64,000 bases of DNA. Origin: the human T2T-CHM13v2.0 reference genome, Homo sapiens. Where the stretch lies: assembly GCF_009914755.1 (NCBI RefSeq), contig NC_060947.1. One strand, written 5' to 3'. The notes below the pieces were generated by a model. The model made no database searches and was not told where the DNA came from. It saw nothing but the letters and a program-made list of their open reading frames with translations. The position numbers and the translations under genes were made by a program. This document shows, piece by piece, positions 19,770 to 34,662 of the stretch (position 1 is the stretch's first letter; the number at the start of each line of letters is the position of its first letter).

Positions 19770-20349
19770 TACCTTCTAGGAAACTATGTGTGTTGGTGTG
19801 TCTATAAAGTCCGGCTTGGCTATGTATGGCAAGGCTTGGTTTTTGAAGGTACTTGGTCTCAGATTATTTCAGAAGGTGGTGGTGACTCTGGCTTTTGTAG
19901 TAGAGAAAGCTTCCCCAGGGTCCCCTACCTTTTGATGAGGGGAATTAGCAGAGGGTTTACACATTTGGCCTCTGGGGACACACTACCTGTGTTTGAATCC
20001 TGGACCTGCCGCCTGCTCGCTGTATAACCGGTATCGAGTAGATTAAACCCCATTCCTCAACTTGCTCTTTCCTCAAGAATGTTAACAGCTAACAGAGTGT
20101 TTGTTCTTGGGGTAAACACAGTGCCTTGCCTTGACTACCTGATCCATGAATGCTTGTTTTCTCAATTTCAGGCCCCCAAAACTCCTCCTATCAAGGCACC
20201 CAGACAATATGAAACCGCATTGTTTAGGGGCGTCCATACACATGGGAAAACCATGAATTAGGCAGTGAAATAATTTAAGCCAGCATCAGATTAGGGTTTA
20301 ACTCTATGGAGGAGGAATGGCTTTGAGTGGGGGTGGGGGGAGGGGAGGG

Positions 20350-20935
20350 TGTCCTGCATTCCTGTTCCTCTTGCTGTGTAACAAACAGCCCCACAGTGAG
20401 TCCATACAATGACGAGCGTTGTATCATATGCATGGAATTTCAGAGGCAGGAATTCAGAAAGGGCACAGTGGATATGGCTTGCTTCACATGAGTCTGGGAC
20501 CTCAGCTGCAGAAACCTGACTGGCTGGGGACTGGAACCATCTGAAGGCTCATTCACTGACATCCCTGGTGCCTGCATGGAGAGGACTGGAAGACTAGGCC
20601 TGGCGAGTGGAGGGCCTCCGTATTACCACTCCGTGGCCTTTGGCTTCCTCACAGCAGGGTGGGCCTCCCAGTAGTCAGGCTTCCGACCTCATGACTCAGG
20701 CTCCAAGCGGCACTTTTCCATATCCAAGGTGAATGTTGCATCACCTCTCATAGGCAAGACTCAGAAGTCATGTTGAGTCAACTGTGTCATACTCTATTGA
20801 TTAGAGGTGAGTCACAGCCTTTTCAGATTCAAGCGTGGGAGGGAGATTAAATCGCAGGTCTCGGTGTGAACGGGGCAACTTTTATCACAGCACGAGAGAT
20901 GGGAGATATTTTTGTGGCCATACAGTCTGGCACAG
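20350..20935 (-). mobile_element. MLT1-type MaLR LTR
   Basis: TTGCTGTGTAACAAACAGCCCCA, GGCAGGAATTCAGAAAGGGCACAG, GGCTGGGGACTGGAACCATCTGAAGGCTC. Confidence 0.7.
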
Positions 20936-21767
20936 TGGGCTCCTAGGGAGCTGGTTATGTTTCATTCGGTTCTCCCACATGGTGGCCACTCAGATGTGTT
21001 TAACGGGTCACATATTTTTTTGTGTACAGCTGTGTATGATTGAAGACATAATAAGGAAACAAAATAGGTGACTGACTCCTATCTCTGAGCAAGACCAAGA
21101 GCAGACTAAATGAATGACTGGAGGTACGGAGGGAAGACGACAGTCAGAAGGGGGCTGGCTGGTTAGTCCTGGAGCCGACCTTGGCCATGCCCACGCAAAC
21201 ACAGCCCAGGGTAGAAGTCTTATTAACTTCGGGACCATCGGTATTTCTGACCCCCCCCAGAAATCTTTAACTTCCTGCTAGTTGCATATGCTGGACTGCC
21301 TCAGCCCCACGCCACTGACTGTCCCTTCCCCTCTCCTTTTTAAGCCCGTTGTTCACTTGTTCATCCATTCCACAAGCATTTACAGTGGGTTTGGAATGTG
21401 TCAAACAGAATGTGAGAAGGACTTAAGGCTATGGACAAAAAGTGGAGTTGGGTAAAGATGCTCAAGCGAGGTTCTTAGAATGTAGCTCAGCTCTTCCATA
21501 GAATACCATAGGGAAGGGAATGGAAACACCCCCCTCTCAGTAGAATGGAAGAGCGCATCTGGCACCGATCCACAAAGGCCGCTTGTTTGTATGCTGGCTC
21601 TTCAGATGACATCTTAGGATGAACTCCAGACTAGAAGGTGAATTTCCTTTCTGACAAGCGTCAAGGAAAGACTTAGAAATGTGTTTAAAAAGGAAAATTC
21701 CCAGCATGAAACCAAATGGAAGACAAGATCACTGGTCATAAAATATAACTAGAAATAGATGTAATGA

Positions 21768-22082
<315 letters not shown>

Positions 22083-24371
22083 ACATAATTTGTACATGTG
22101 CCTTTGAAAATGAAAAATATGAAATAGACCTAAGGACTCTCTCTCTCTCACAAATACTTCACGTGTGTTCCTTTATTTACTTCTCACTAAAGTCTTTCAG
22201 AACACCTATTGTTAATCTCAATTGGTGGAGAAAGAAACTGAGACGCTGATAATGGAAGGACCAAGCCCATGGATGCCAAGAGGGCAGGTGGCAGGAAGAA
22301 GTTGGAAAGCCAGGGTGATTGGATACCATGGTCAGTAAGGACTGGGGAAAAAAGTAGCTCTCAGGCACTTCTGCCCCATTCATCCTGGCCCCTCTCTGTT
22401 TTCATGGATCCAACTCTCTACGCATTTCACCCTATCTCCTCCTCACATCAAAAGCAGCTCTTCATCCCTGGCCGAGATCCTGTGGCCAGCTGCCCAGTGC
22501 ACGCCACCATGACGCGGGCCTCCTATAAAAATCTGAAATGACCGTAGATTGGATGTTCTGCTATTTCATGAGCCCCCACGTTGTTTCTTCATGTGCCAAT
22601 ATACTTGTGTCTATGGCCACAAACAACCTGCATATCACAGTTTGGAAAACACTTATTTTGAGGACAGAGGCTTTGAACGGATATCCACCTGGGCTTGTGT
22701 CCCAACTCTGCTACTTGTTCCTGCCTGAAATGGCAACAAGTTTTAAAAGTTGCATTCACCTTCTCTGTGAGGCTTCAGTGAGAGCATGCCCATGAAGGAA
22801 TGATGGAGCCTAGCCTATATAAGCACTTACTGCATATGAGCCCTTTTTATTCGTCTTCTTGTTGTTTGAGCAAAAATCCAAATGCAGCTTTTGTCTTAAC
22901 TGCACACAGCCTGAGGTGTAGGCAGTACTTCCAGGACCACTATCTCAGGAGCCGTCATCCACATTTCTTTGATGTAAAAACTGAGCGTAAAGCAATTCAG
23001 CTACAAAAAAAGTAGGAGGAGGGAAGAACATAGGCCTTCCAGTTCCTTATTAAGTTCCAACTTTCCCTAGACACTGTCGTCTCCCAATGTATGGCGTGAG
23101 GAACAGAGATAGCCTTTTCCATTCAAAACTGTGTGACGGGGGCACGGGTCAGCAAAGTACAGGGTCCTGCAGGAGCACAGCGATAGGGCACCCTCTGTCA
23201 GACAAGTCAGTACACCGTTCTGGGCCTTGGTTTCCTCATCTGTACAACGGCGACAGAATTACATATATCTTAATTTGCTGAGCATTTTAAGTGAAGTGCT
23301 GGAAGGAGAATATAGAGCTCCATGCCCTGATGCGTCAAATTGTCAAGAAATGTCATCCACTGTTCCTAATATAACTTATGTCATTATACCCCGATATTTG
23401 GACCAAAGGGACCTAGACCCTATCGCTTTTGCCTGGGACTCCGCAGTAAGTGCCTCAATGAGTTACCCTAATACCTTTCCCCTCCTCTATTATGACCAGG
23501 ATCAAGGTTTTTCTGGGAATGGCACCACAGTTTCTGTGACTCCACCACAATTCCTGAGACTTGACTCTGAGCCACTATCACAGTCTGCATGCTCTTCCCA
23601 ATGTGAGGTGTGCGGTTGGTGGGGTTGATGCCATCACTGTCTCTCACTTAAATAGTAGACTTGAAGTGAGCGAAGGCTGTTCTCATGGGTCAGGATGTAA
23701 AAGATGTAAGCAACAGTGACTTCGGACCCAGGAGTGGACATTGGAGAAATTGTTAACAGCCGGGGGGAGCTGCAGATACCAGCTGGGGAAAACCAAATTA
23801 TAGCCGCATGGTCTCTGAGATAAACTCTCATCATCACAAGGTGGCAAATTCCTGCCTCTAGAAGACCCAGGGAGTTTGCTCCCGGCATCCCAGAGATAGT
23901 TGTTTAGGACTCGCATCTCTAAAATAAGTATTTCCAGTATCACATGCAGGCACAAGGGTGTCCACCGGAAAAACCGTCTTGCCTGAGTATATCTTCTTGC
24001 ACACTGGAAAATCTTGCCTAGAGACACTTTGACGAACATTCTCTTTCCCATTTTCTTTCTGCCAACCTGAATAAGATCTTGCTAAGTATGGGATATTAAA
24101 AACTATGTTTCAGGAGATTGCATTTCTGGCTACATTGGAGGAAAAAAACACCACATTGATCCTTCCCCCGCAAAGCAACGAAATAACCGAGATGACAATG
24201 GTTTCCAAGATATTGGACCTAATGCAATGGAAGAGAGCTATCTGCAAGACAGAAGAAAGAGACATGTCGAGCCGCACGCCTGTCTCAGCCTACTGGCGGG
24301 AGGAGGAACTCAGGCGGAGCCACGTTGTCTCCCCGAGTTGTGGGGTACGTGGTAGGAACATGAGTCCTCCT

Positions 24372-24878
24372 TAAAAAGGAAAGAAATCCTGCCATTTGTG
24401 GCAACATGAATGAACCTGGAGCATGTGAGGTCAAGTGAAATAAGCCAGGCACAGAGAGACAAATAGCAAGTGATCTCACTTATATGTGGAGTCTCAAAAT
24501 TGGAACTCATAGAAGCAGAGAGTACAAATGGTGGCTACTGGAGGTTAAGGGTTGGGGGGCATAGGGAGTGTTGGCAATGGATAGAAAATTTCTGTTAGAC
24601 AGGGGGAATAAGTTCAAGGGAGCTATTGTAAGTCATAGTGGTTATACTCAATAGCAATAGATTGGTTATTTGAAAATTCGTAAGACAGTAGCTTTTAGGT
24701 GTTTCTACCCACAAAAAACAAACAAACAAACAAAAAACTGATAAATATGTGAAGGGTGGAATATGTTAATTAGTTTGATTTGGCCATTCCACAACATATA
24801 CAGATATCAAGCATCCTGAGGTACACCATAAATATATACAATGTTTACTTGTCAATTGAAAAATAAAGAAAGAAAGTA
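24372..24878 (+). mobile_element. L1MA 3' end
   Basis: GAAATCCTGCCATTTGTGGCAACATGAATGAACCTGGAG..AAGTGAAATAAGCCAGGCACAGAGAGACAAATA; A-rich end. Confidence 0.85.
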
Positions 24879-24914
24879 ATTTCACAAAATGACGAGGGAC
24901 CGCCAGACGCAAAA

Positions 24915-26100
24915 GAATGGATTGGACCTTACCTCACACTACATACAAAAATTAACTCAAAGCAGATCAGAGACCTAAATATAAGAGCTACAGTGATAAA
25001 ACTCTTATAAGGAAATATAAGACTAAATCTTACATTTCTCTTCCGTAAGTCTTACGTTGTGACCTTCCCTTAGGCAAAGGCTTTTGTGTGTGTCTGCATT
25101 CAACACCAAAGCACAAGCAACAAAACAAAAAAGTAGATAACGTGGAGTTTTAGACAACCCGTAGAAAATGCATCTGATCATAGATGTATCCAGGATATAC
25201 AAAGGACTCTGATGAATCAACAGTCAAATGATGACCTAATTCAAAAAGGAGCAAAGAATCTGAATAGACATTTTGCCAAAGAAAGTACACAAATGGCCAA
25301 TAGGCACACGAAAAGCCACCCACAATCATCATTAGCCAGTAGGGAAATGCAAATCAAAACCACAATGAGCTACCACTTCACACTCAGTAGGATGACAAGA
25401 ATAAAAAAGACAGGCGATAACAACTGCTGACAAGGATGTGGAGAGATTGGAGTCCTCATACACTGCTAGTGGGACTATAACATATAGGGCAGCCTGGTTT
25501 GAAAGAATTTGGCTGCTCCTCAGTACCAGAAACACAATTTCCATATGGCCCAGGAGGTCCACTCTTAGCTTTCTACAAAAGAGAAATGAAACTCTATGTC
25601 CAAACAAAAACCTGTACACAAACATACACGGTATCATTATTCCTAGTGGTCAAAGATTGCGAGTGGCGCAGGCGTCCATCAGTTGATGAACTGATGGATG
25701 GAATTTAGTTTCTCCATTCAGGGGAGTGTGGCTTGGCAACAAAAAGGGATGAAATACTGATACATGCCATAACATGCGTGAGCCTAGAACACGTGATGCT
25801 GCATGAAAGAAAATCACAAAAGACCACATATTATGTGATTCCATTTGGAAAAACGTCCAGTATATGTAAACTTATGGACTAAGAAATTTGATTTCCATTT
25901 GCTTGGAGAAGGAGAACAGGGTGGGAAGTGACTGTTAATGTGTATGGGGCTTCTTTCCAAGGTGATTATAAGGTTCTAAAATGAGATTGTGGTGATGGTT
26001 GCAGAACCTTGTGAATATGCAGAATGAAAAGAAAAACACCTGAATTGTACACTTGAAATGGGTGAAGATTATGGCCTGTGGATTATATGCCAACAAAGTC
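24915..26100 (+). mobile_element. L1MB-type ORF2 end and 3'UTR
   Basis: CATACAAAAATTAACTCAAAG, AGGGAAATGCAAATCAAAACCACAATGAG, GAATTGTACACTTGAAATGGGTGAA. Confidence 0.8.
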
Positions 26101-26829
26101 TTTTTTCAAAACTACCATTTATCGTCCACTTTATGTACACTTACCTCTATTTATTTCCAAATGTACATGAGTAACATTCATGTCCACTAATTGGTTGAGA
26201 CTTTTGAAAAGCACTGATAACCTGATGTATTTTTGGGAGATGAGAAGCAGAAATCAATGGTTAACGTGTAGTTTGGCAAGAGCTGTGACCGCTGTGAAAC
26301 TTCATTTCCTCATCTTTGAGGTAATTACTTCTACTTTGACATGACATTGTGGGAATTAAATAACAATGAATATGAAACATTCAACTGAGTGCCTGGGATT
26401 AACAGCCACTCCAGGAAGGGTGAAACTCATATTACTTACTAGAGTACGGGGAGGATTCTTTAAGAAGGTAAATGTTTAAACAATGTACTGAGTCTAGTAT
26501 GTCAATTTCTTTTTTTTTTTTTTTTCCAAGAAAGAACAAGGTTCAAGGTATCTGTGACAAGTTACCCTGGTGAGTGCAACCATTTTGGAGTTATAACTGT
26601 GTTCAAGTCCCGGATCCCACTTACTAGCTGTGTGACCACAGGCGAGTGACTGAAATTCTCCCTTGCAGTTGTCTCACCTCTGCCAACTCTGCATCGCTGC
26701 CACAGCGATACTACTACCTTCCCTGGAGGGTTGCTCTGAGAATAAGAGATTAGAATGATAAAAATGGAGTTTGTCACTCCTGCATTTTCACTTTCTCCCT
26801 TTCTAAGGTCTCCTTCTCCTGATTCTAAA

Positions 26830-28400
26830 AATGTATTCAAGTATCCTTCAACCTAAATAACCTTCCTTTGTCTTCCGCTCTACCTACCAAACTCTTCCTC
26901 ATTTCCTTTTAAATGAAGTACCCTGGACTTCTCTTCCTCACTCTTCAATTTCATGTAGTCTGTCTTCATTCACGTGGGCCCCCGAGCTGTCCCAACCCCG
27001 AGCTGTCCATAAGGTAACAAGGATGTCCTAACTAATGAATCCCAATGGACTCCTCTCTCCCTTATGATCTGGCCTTACATCTCCACAGCATAACCCTCCC
27101 TCCTTCCTTCACGTCTGTGGTACTACTTTTTCTCCTAGTTACTATCCTATTCCTCGGAGATTTCTCTCTCCATCTCCTTCCTGGACTTCTGTTTCCCTGT
27201 GTTCTTCAGTGTTACTATTCCCTAGGTTTGGTCCTCGGCCAGCTCTTTACAGGCTATCTTGCCTACATCCTGGGGTGAATTAACTCACGCTCCTGGCTTC
27301 GCCTGACTGATTGTTGAGAGGATTCACAAACGTGTATTCCTGGTCTGAAAGTAATTGCTGAGCACCACACTGAAACATCCAGTTGCCTTCTGTACATCCT
27401 GGATGTTTTCACAAGCACCTCAAACGCAGATCTATCTCTCAGTGCACTCCCCTCACCTGCAAATGTGTGCACGCCCCTGTATTTAATGCTTCAACTGAGT
27501 ACTCTAGCATTGCTCAGTCATCCAACCCAGAAACGTTCCCTTACCAAAGACCGGATGAACTTAGGCCTGAAGTCAAGAAACAGCAGAAGACTGGGGAAAA
27601 GTCAGATGAGTCCGGAGACCAGTACCACGGACAATCGTAGACATCAACCTCAACCAAGCCCTATATGGGGGTCAGTTAGTCTACTGTATTTTCCCAACCA
27701 GCTCTCTCTCCAACTACCTGTAATGACCATTTATTACACAACTGTACGACTCTGGAAACCCCTGATCTCCTTTCCCTCATTCTCAGAAGCTGGCCGCACC
27801 TCCTATTTTCCTGAGAAAATCCAAGACCTCAGGAAGGACTCTCTCCATTTCCTACCAGCAATTGTAAACACCTACCTGCATGTACAGGTACAAGTTGTTG
27901 CCTTTCCTCCATTTATGACAGAACATCCCTCCTGCTCTTTCCAGGTGATCCTTCAATGTGTGCTTTGAATCTCACTGCTCCTATCTTCCCAGGAATCTTA
28001 TAGCATCCATCATCCATTTACTCCCCTGATTGCCCCTGTCAACTTCAACCTGCCCTTCCAAATATATCTTTCCAATAGCACTAAATCACGCACTGGTCAT
28101 GAAAACCTTATAATGGTAAAAATCAACAATCAAACGCTCAAAGCACCCTCCGTCTTCTCCATTTTACCCTGCACCCACTACCTCATCTCCTTCCATTCAC
28201 AATGAAACTTGGAGCTCTCCACACTTGTCATTACTTCATCACCTATTCATCCTACAACTCATTCTTTTCCCCCAAATCCCAATGAAATGGCTCTCTCAAA
28301 GGTCACCATGGTGTTCATAATGTTGAGCACAATGGAATGTTCTGTCCTCATATCATTTTATAGCTCCAACTCTATGAACAGGAGGAAACACTCTTCTTTT
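26830..28400 (+). mobile_element. L2 fragments (RT region)
   Basis: Decayed PQGSVLGPLLF-like CCTAGGTTTGGTCCTCGGCCAGCTCTTT; AAATGGCTCTCTCAAAGGTCACCA. Confidence 0.6.
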
Positions 28401-28419
28401 TGAGAAACTACCATTGAGT

Positions 28420-29390
28420 TGTCAGTTTGCAATTTTCCTTTGAATGGGCCATACTTTCAAGTTCCCTTGTAGGCTTTTGGATTCTTTTGTTGCTGCTGAA
28501 AACTAGGTCTTTGATTGTGGTAATGTGGTAACACTGAATATTAGATCCTCTACCTTCTCCAGGATTTGCAGTTGCTGATTTCTGAAAGCTGCAGTCATTG
28601 ATTTGTCTAGAGGGTTTTCCAAACTCTTTTGGGAGAGCCTGCATTCGTTGTCACATGTGGCCACTGAACTCTCTGTTCCTTTAGTTTGTTTTCTGCTTGT
28701 ATTTTGACAGCAATTTCCTTGACAGCCCAGAGCTTAATAAAAAAAAAAAAAGCAAAAAGTTCCTCTGTCAGCCTTTGTGGATTCGCTCTGGGCTGCAGCA
28801 CTCCTTCAAACCTCAGCCAGGCCACTTACAACTCTGTCTTGGCTGTCACTTCCTGTTTAGACTGAGTCCAGAGATCAGCCGGTGAAAGCTTAGGGTCTTC
28901 TCGGGTCTTTCCTGAGCATGCATCCAATCCTGGGCACGCACCTGGCTTTTGACAATCCCCAGGGTACATGACTGCTTCCGAATGATCTAATTTCCCAAAT
29001 GGCCTGTCCGCCAGCGTATCCCCCAGGTTTTGGGTTATCTGCTATAGGTTTCAACTGTAGTTTCTGCCTCACGCAGTTGCCGTTTTTTGATTTGCCTTAT
29101 AAGGTTTTCAGGAGCTGCCCAAGCTTTTTCTGCCCTGACTTCCCTGTTAGGTCAAACAGAGAGGAGCATTTTGCTTCTGTCCTTCAGGAAGCCCCTGGAC
29201 GGGTTAGAACCAATGAAAACCATGATTTTTGCATAAGCTCTGCTCTCTCCTTCCGGAACCAGGTACCAGGGTTCCACACGTGGGATGCAGGCTGCTGGGT
29301 GCAATGCCGCCACCAGGTCAGGGAGAAGGTGGAACAAGGGCAAATGAAAATGCTACAACGTTTACCTATGAAACACTCAGATGGTTGGGA
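28420..29390 (-). mobile_element. L1M 5' region, antisense
   Basis: TGAATGGGCCATACTTTC, GTGGTAATGTGGTAACACTGAATATTAGATCCTC, CCTTGACAGCCCAGAGC. Confidence 0.6.
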
Positions 29391-29599
29391 GCCTTAGAAT
29401 TTTATTTCCGGCTTACAATAATTTTACTTGACATGTCGAGACTTATACCATGCCACATGCTTTGCTAAGTACTTAGCACGTAGTATGTTATTTGAGTCTT
29501 ACAAAAACCCTATATGGTTTTTTCAATATCTATATCACTGATGAGGAAACTGAGGCCACAGAGAAGTTAGGTCATTGCACACAAGTAACATGTGGTAGC

Positions 29600-30185
29600 A
29601 CGGCCAGTTTCACGAAACTGCAACTAAAGTGGTCCCACACGGCTCCATGCTCAGAATGGGTCCCTGGGCTTGCGGTTTAGTGTGGCTGTCTTGAAATTCT
29701 TAACTATTTCTTTCCTTGAATTTGTGCTTGGTAGGTGAGGTGTGATGAAACGGTGCAGTGTGTGCTGGGGTCCTGGAGCCTCAGCTATCATGTGGTCCAG
29801 CTTCCACCACCTCCAGGCCTCACTGGGACAGGTTCTCTGCTGCCCAATCACCCACCCACCCTCTCAGACTCCCCTTCCCTCTGCCAACCCAGCGACTGCT
29901 GCTGCACTTCACCCTCAGGAGAAGGCCTGGGTGTGGGTGCAGGGAGGGGCAGGGTGGGAATGCCAAGCCACAGGGCAGGGCTCTGGACACCTGGGAGGAT
30001 CTCCACTCACCCTATGCGTGTCCCCTTAACTGAGGCAGCACCACATTAAATTACAACTACAAAAATCCTGAGAGGTCAAAACAGAGATTGAGTCAGAAAA
30101 GAAAGTGAGATTTTGCTGCTTCTGAACAGTGGACCCCACATGCTCCTGTTATATGAGGTCCCTCCTTATATCGTTTGACCTGCTT
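29600..30185 (+). mobile_element. hAT (MER53-related) DNA transposon fossil inserted in a MIR
   Basis: GCTCAGAATGGGTCCCTGGGCTTG..GCTGTCTTGAAATTCTTAA resembles the MER53 5' part; MIR pieces on both sides. Confidence 0.4.
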
Positions 30186-30550
30186 AGTAGAGAAGGGTCA
30201 CAAATTCAGGCTTGCATAGCTCCAAAGCCTGTTATTTTTTTTTTTCTTTTCTGTTCTTTCCTTTAGCAAAGATTAAGAAATGGAATAGGTGATACATGCA
30301 CACTTGGTGTAAAATTCCAAAGTTTCTAAACTATGTGCAGGCAACGGATTCTTCTCACCTCCATTGCTGAACCATCCAGAACTCATTCCCAAAGGCCACT
30401 CCTCTTTCCCACCAGGCTTTTAGATACCCTTCTGGAGGAACATCACTGGTATTCAGGCATATACATCATCCAAACTCCTCTTTCTGTATTAAGGCGTGTA
30501 CCAAACGCTGTGTTGACCTGGCATTTTTTCCATCTCAGAATGTCTCCTGG

Positions 30551-30971
<421 letters not shown>

Positions 30972-32498
30972 CTAGGGAAGTAGGTGCTTTCCTCATTTTG
31001 TGCATGAGGAGTGAAGAGCACATGCAATTGACATTACTTGCCGTAGGTAATACTTCTAAACGAGGGAAGAACCAGGATTTGCACCCATGCAGTGTAGCTC
31101 CACAGAGGTAAAAGCATTCTGCTCTATGCCATGCCTGCATGGTATCCTTTGATACGGATATATCCTTTTCTTTATTTAGCCGGTGCCCTGTTGACACAGG
31201 GGTTTGCCCAGGCTTAGGCTATTACAGACAATACCGCATCGAGTAAACTAACATGTTATATCATTCCATACAAGTGCAAGTACATCCAAAGGACAAATTC
31301 ATAGCAGCAGGATTTCTGGAGGAGGGGGGTAAAGCACACACAATGTGGACAGATACTGCTAAATTGCCTTCTCTAGGTGTTACATCAAGTTACACCCATA
31401 CTAACAATGCAGGAATGTGACTCTTCCCATATCCTCACCAAATCAGTCTGTTTCAAACATTTGCATATCTGTCCATAGGATAGATCCTGGACAGTATTTT
31501 ATTGTGCTTCAGAAACCCATTTCTCTTATTAGGAGTGAGGCTGGGAAGTTTTATATACATTTGGGAGCTTTTTGTGTTTTTCTTTCTGTGAACTGTTCAG
31601 GCATACATATACAGAGACTGACTAGCTGTCCTCCAGACCTGTTTTCTTTTCCTCCTGGGGTTTCCCAGCCTCCTGGCAGGTAACTGTGGCTGGTGGACTG
31701 AGGCCTGGGCAATGGATGGTGGGCCCGAGTGGCAATTCTCCCAAGCATGATTCATAAAAACCTCCTATGAGATCCTCCTACTCTTTCTTCCCCATCTGCT
31801 GGAAAGATGTTGACACCCAGAGCGACTTATAGAGCCAGGTGTTGAAGATGGCAGAGCTTCTGTCAGCCTGGTCCTAGATTGTTTTCAAAAAGAAGAGCCA
31901 ACCCTCCCCAGTCCTGTTTCCTTTTGGAAAAATGTAGGCAAGAAAAATGTTCATAGTGTTAGGCCACTAAGAGGTTGGAGTTCATCTGTTACAGCAGCTA
32001 GCGTTATCAATGACAATAGAGTAGGCTTAGTTCCTTTTTTCAAAAAATGAATCCACTGATGGTATTTACTTATTAGGGAAATCCACCCTTTGTCTGCGAT
32101 ATGATTGGCAAGCACTTTTCAACTTTGCTTCTTGAATTTTATCTTTACTTTAGGTGGATTTAGCTTGCAGTATCTTCTTCTAGTCTTCATGCACTTAAAC
32201 TTATTACCTCTTCCTAGTAGGAATTCCGGTGTTGTGACATACCTCCAAAGACTGTCAACTGCAACACTGCATCTGAAACTCTCTCGGAGAGGCTCATAGA
32301 TTCCGTCTTTTCCACAGGTTGTTTCATCATGAATGAATGATGACTTTTACCAAATTATTTTCTTGTATCTATTGAGGTGGTCACATTTAGTTTAGTTCTT
32401 CCCTTTAATCTGTTCAAGTGGTGAATTACATTCATTTCTTTTCTAATGTTAAACCAACCTTGCTTTGCTAGAATAAATATAACTTGGTCATAATATAG

Positions 32499-32912
32499 CG
32501 TATTAGTCTGTTCTCACACTGCTATAAAGAAATACCTGAGACTGGGTAATTTATAAAAGAAAGAGGTTTAACTGGCTCATGGTTTTACAGGCTGCACAAG
32601 AAGCATAGGGGCTTCTGTTTCTGGGGACGCCTCAGAAAACTTACAATCATGTCCCAAGGCCAAGAGGAAGCAGGCACCTCTATACAAGGCTGGAGCAGGA
32701 GGAAGACAGATTAGGAGGTGGTGCTACACACTTAAAGGACCAGGTCTCCTGATAACTCACTATCAGGAGAAAAGCACCAAGGGGATGGTGCTACACCATT
32801 TATGAGAACTCGGTCCCCACAATCCAGTCACCTCCCACCAGGCCCCATCTTCACACAATGGATTAGAACTGAACATGAGATTTGGATGGGGACACACATC
32901 CAAACCATATCA
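32499..32912 (-). mobile_element. MSTA-type MaLR solo LTR inserted in antisense L1
   Basis: GTATTAGTCTGTTCTCACACTGCTATAAAGAAATACCTGAGACTGGG ... CCAAACCATATCA; near-TSD TATAG/TATAC. Confidence 0.88.
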
Positions 32913-33459
32913 TATACTATCTTTTTTTTAAAAAAGGACTTCTGGCTTTTACAGTATCTTTTTAAAAGATATTGCTAGCCTTTTTAACAAGTAAGTTGTA
33001 TGTGATATTTTCATATGTTTTTCTGAGACAAATTGCTTTGAAATTTGCCATTCTCAAATTATCCTTGTCTAGTTTCCATGTCAAGGTTCGCTTAGTAAAA
33101 CACAAGGGGTATTGTACTCACTAGCTCTATTCTCTGAAAAACTTGTGCAGTATTGGAGTGATCTCTCACATAAACATTGACAGAACCATCTGGGACTAGA
33201 GATTTTTTGTCAAAATTGTTTAATTACTGATTGCATCTATTTCACATTTACATTTCAAATCATGTTTTTACATCTTCTCTCAGTTTCAGTATTTTAAATA
33301 TTTTACCGTTTGTCCAATTCCTCTAAGTTTTTGATTTATTGGCATGATGGTCTCTAACGGTGTGCCTCCCAGTTTTGATTCCTGATATTACCAATTTGTG
33401 TGTTTATTTCTTTTATCTTCACAAGTCTCACCCGTGGTTTATGAGTTTTATAGACTTTT

Positions 33460-33770
33460 TGTTTTTTGCTTCTTGCTTTTGAGACAGAGTCTTGCCCTGT
33501 TGCCCAGGCTGGAATGCAGTGGCGCAATCTCAGCTCGCTGCAACATCCGCTTCTGGAGTACAAGCGATTTTCCTATCTTACCCTCCCATGTAGCTGGGAC
33601 AACAGGCATGTACCACCACACCTGGCTAATTTTTGTATTTTTAGTAGAGATGGGGTTTCACCAGGTTGACCAGAGATGGGGTTTCACCATGTTGAACTGT
33701 GCTCAAGTGATCTGCCTGCCTCAGCCTCCCAAAGAACTGGGATTACAGGAGTGAGCCACTGCACCCAGCT
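33460..33770 (-). mobile_element. Alu with an internal 26-bp tandem duplication (33646-33697)
   Basis: AGAGATGGGGTTTCACCAGGTTGACC / AGAGATGGGGTTTCACCATGTTGAAC; flanking GAGTTTT..AGACTTTT TSD. Confidence 0.88.
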
Positions 33771-34381
33771 GAGTTTTTACAGACTTTTGAAGGACTGATG
33801 AAGCCCTTTGTTAAAACTCTGTATTGAGTATTTGGTTTCTTTCTCATTTATTTCTGTCTTTAATGATTCTTTGTATTTCTTTGTGTTTATTTTGTTGTTA
33901 TTTTTGTAATTTCTCTAGATGGATGATTAAGTAATTTTCAGCTGTTCTTCCTTTACAATTATATGCCTTTAAGGATATATGTTTCCACCTAGGTTAACTG
34001 TATTCCCTAGCTCTATCTGTGATATTTGCATTGCCATCCAGTTTAATGTATTTTATAATTTGCACACAGGTGATGCAAAGTCAGGCTACAAGTGACAGCT
34101 GATTTACTTATGATTTCCTCCTCCTGACTCAAAAAGTGATGGCCATTGGGGTCTCAGCTAAAAGTGAGGAGGTGGTTTACCAACATCACCACCTTTGGTC
34201 AGCTCTGAGATATGGCTTTCATCTCTAGCGGTGTCACCAAAGCACAGCTTAGTTTTACAGCTGTTTCTTTTCAGGTAGGCATTCTGAGTAAAAGCAGTTT
34301 GAAGTCCTAGGTTTAATCTGCAGGTCCTGCCTTCCCTTAAGAGATCCTCACTGTCCTCTGAGTACTGTATTTGTTTTTGAA

Positions 34382-34662
34382 TTTTTTTTTTTTTTTGAGC
34401 CTGTTGCCCAGGCTGGAGTGCAGTGGCACAATCTTGGCTCACTGCAACCTCCACCTCCCGGGTTCAAGCAATTCTCTGCCTCAGCCTCCTGAGTAGCTGG
34501 GATTATAGGTGCCCGCCACCATGCCCAACTAATTTTCATATTTTTAGTAGAGACGGGTTTCACCATCTTGGCCAAGCTGGTCTTGAACTCCTGACCTCGT
34601 GATCCACCTGCCTGGGTCTCCCAAAGTGCTGGGATTACAGGTGTGAGCCACCGTGCCTAGCC
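34382..34662 (-). mobile_element. AluS
   Basis: Antisense Alu consensus; TSD TGTTTTTGAATTTTT. Confidence 0.9.

Noticed and set aside
27465-27968. 167-aa ORF
   Set aside because: Overlaps L2 fragments, starts at a non-ATG codon and has no recognisable motif.
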